Source: Nemertoderma westbladi
Taxonomy: Eukaryota; Animalia; Xenacoelomorpha
Assembly (NCBI GenBank): GCA_032718475.1
Contig: JAUCBJ010006781.1
Span: 62,001-126,000, forward strand
Length of the DNA: 64,000 nucleotides
Reading direction: 5' to 3'
A program made the translations under genes and the position numbers. Under the pieces are notes generated by a model that saw nothing but the letters and a program-made list of their open reading frames with translations, made no database searches and was not told the DNA's origin. Numbering within the stretch: position 1 is the stretch's first letter; every line of letters begins with the position of its first letter. Below, piece after piece: positions 62,616 through 64,000 of the stretch.

Positions 62616-62785
62616 CGCCTCCGCTTTGCAGGACATTGCTTTCGCCGTGAGGACCAGCCAGTGCATAATCTTGTGCTTTGGCGGCCTCATGGAGTGAATA
62701 AGCATGGTGGACAGCCCATGACTTTCTTGAGACGCATCTTAAAGGACACTGGCCTTAAAGATGCGGATGATCTAGCAAATGTCAT
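62616..62785 (+). mobile_element. Second, near-identical fragment of the RTE element at 25451-26827
   Basis: Matches ~26557-26725 (RLRFAGHCFRREDQPVHNLVLW...). It carries CTAGCAAAT where the first copy has CTACAAAT. Confidence 0.92.
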
Positions 62786-64000
62786 TATAACTTTTTGTTG
62801 GGCACAGCTTTTGCAAAGTCGAGGGACATGACGTCCAGGTGGGATCGAACTGGCGACCGGTATATTTAATAATTTATAATTGGTTGGATGGGTGAATGCG
62901 TGCGTGGTTTTTATGTTATTATAACTTTTTGTTGGGCACAGCTTTTGCAAAGTAAAGGTGGAATCGAACTGGTGATCTCCGGGTTGAGCACAGTGGTAGC
63001 ATATGATGGTATGACAGATGGGAGGACATGAGGACGTCAATAATTGCGGACATACAAGGTATCAGATAGTTTAGTGTAATTTATATATAATAAAACAGAT
63101 TATTTAATGAAATAATTTAGAATTACATAAACAGTTCTAATAATATCTCCCCGTATTATCAATTACCATAACTTTTATTCTTAGTCCGTATTAAAATGTT
63201 TAAAAATGGATATATTTAAAACTTAATATTTCTTTGTGTTTCTCTAAAAATCGATAAGTTATTCACACAGCCGGTGGCTACCTCAACACCATGCATATAG
63301 TGTCGTAATTCGAATCCAAATATATAACACAATATGAAATTCGTCATAAAATAGCTGAGATATACGGGCGTTCAAAAGTGGCATGGTTCTACATCTGCGC
63401 GAGGCTATTTTAATAAATGCACCATATTCTGGCACCTTTTTTTATACAATACAATCCAATACCTCTCTAATCTAACTTAATTGAACTGTTATTTGTTATT
63501 TTGTACGGATATTTTGTATGAGTGACTATTATTTCGTCTGTTATAACACGTCCGAGGACGACATAATAGCTTTACGAGTAAAATAAAAATTTTGGCTCAC
63601 CCAGTACAGTAAAGAGGAGGTGGGTGAATCTATCTCTGTTTCAAATTTCACGTAATTTAATAAGGATTTCTTGAAAAAAATTGGCCTGCAGTTGAATTGG
63701 CCTGCTGTCATTGAATTATGACACTATATTCCTTGGCATGGTGAATAGGATAAAAACAGATAAAAACAATAAATATTATTTCACAAAATTACTTGTATTT
63801 AACAGATTTATATCTATCTGGAATATTTATAGAAATCTGGGTCACCAAAAAAAGCTTAATTTGGTTTACTTGTAATAAATAGTTACAATATACAAAATTA
63901 AAATTATTATCAAATATTCATAATCGAATCAACAGTAAACAACAAAAATATATAATGACAAAAGTCAATAAAATAAAATAAAATCATATTACCACAATCA

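Overview
AT-rich invertebrate (metazoan) nuclear DNA, mostly repeats. It holds an intact BEL/Pao LTR-retrotransposon polyprotein (240-8306, minus strand), then a graveyard of nested relics (HECT pseudogene, Gypsy pol fragments, LINEs, MITEs, minisatellites; about 12-27 kb). Two convergent host genes follow: a two-exon SLC44/CTL2-like choline transporter (+, 28406-39473) and the 3' four coding exons of a UCP1-3-like mitochondrial uncoupling protein (-, 61258 to 45249). The most striking signal is that three separate introns are expanded by tandem arrays whose unit is a copy of that intron's own 3' splice junction (pyrimidine tract + CAG + first exon bases): 71 bp x6, 29 bp x~68 and 39 bp x~195. 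The functional acceptor is always the last copy. All three amplified junctions are CAG|GT, while the two non-GT acceptors have no array. An RT-less, poly(A)-tailed insertion encoding a Ulp1-like protease sits in one of these introns. All family assignments come from motif recognition by eye, not database searches, and copy numbers are length/unit estimates.
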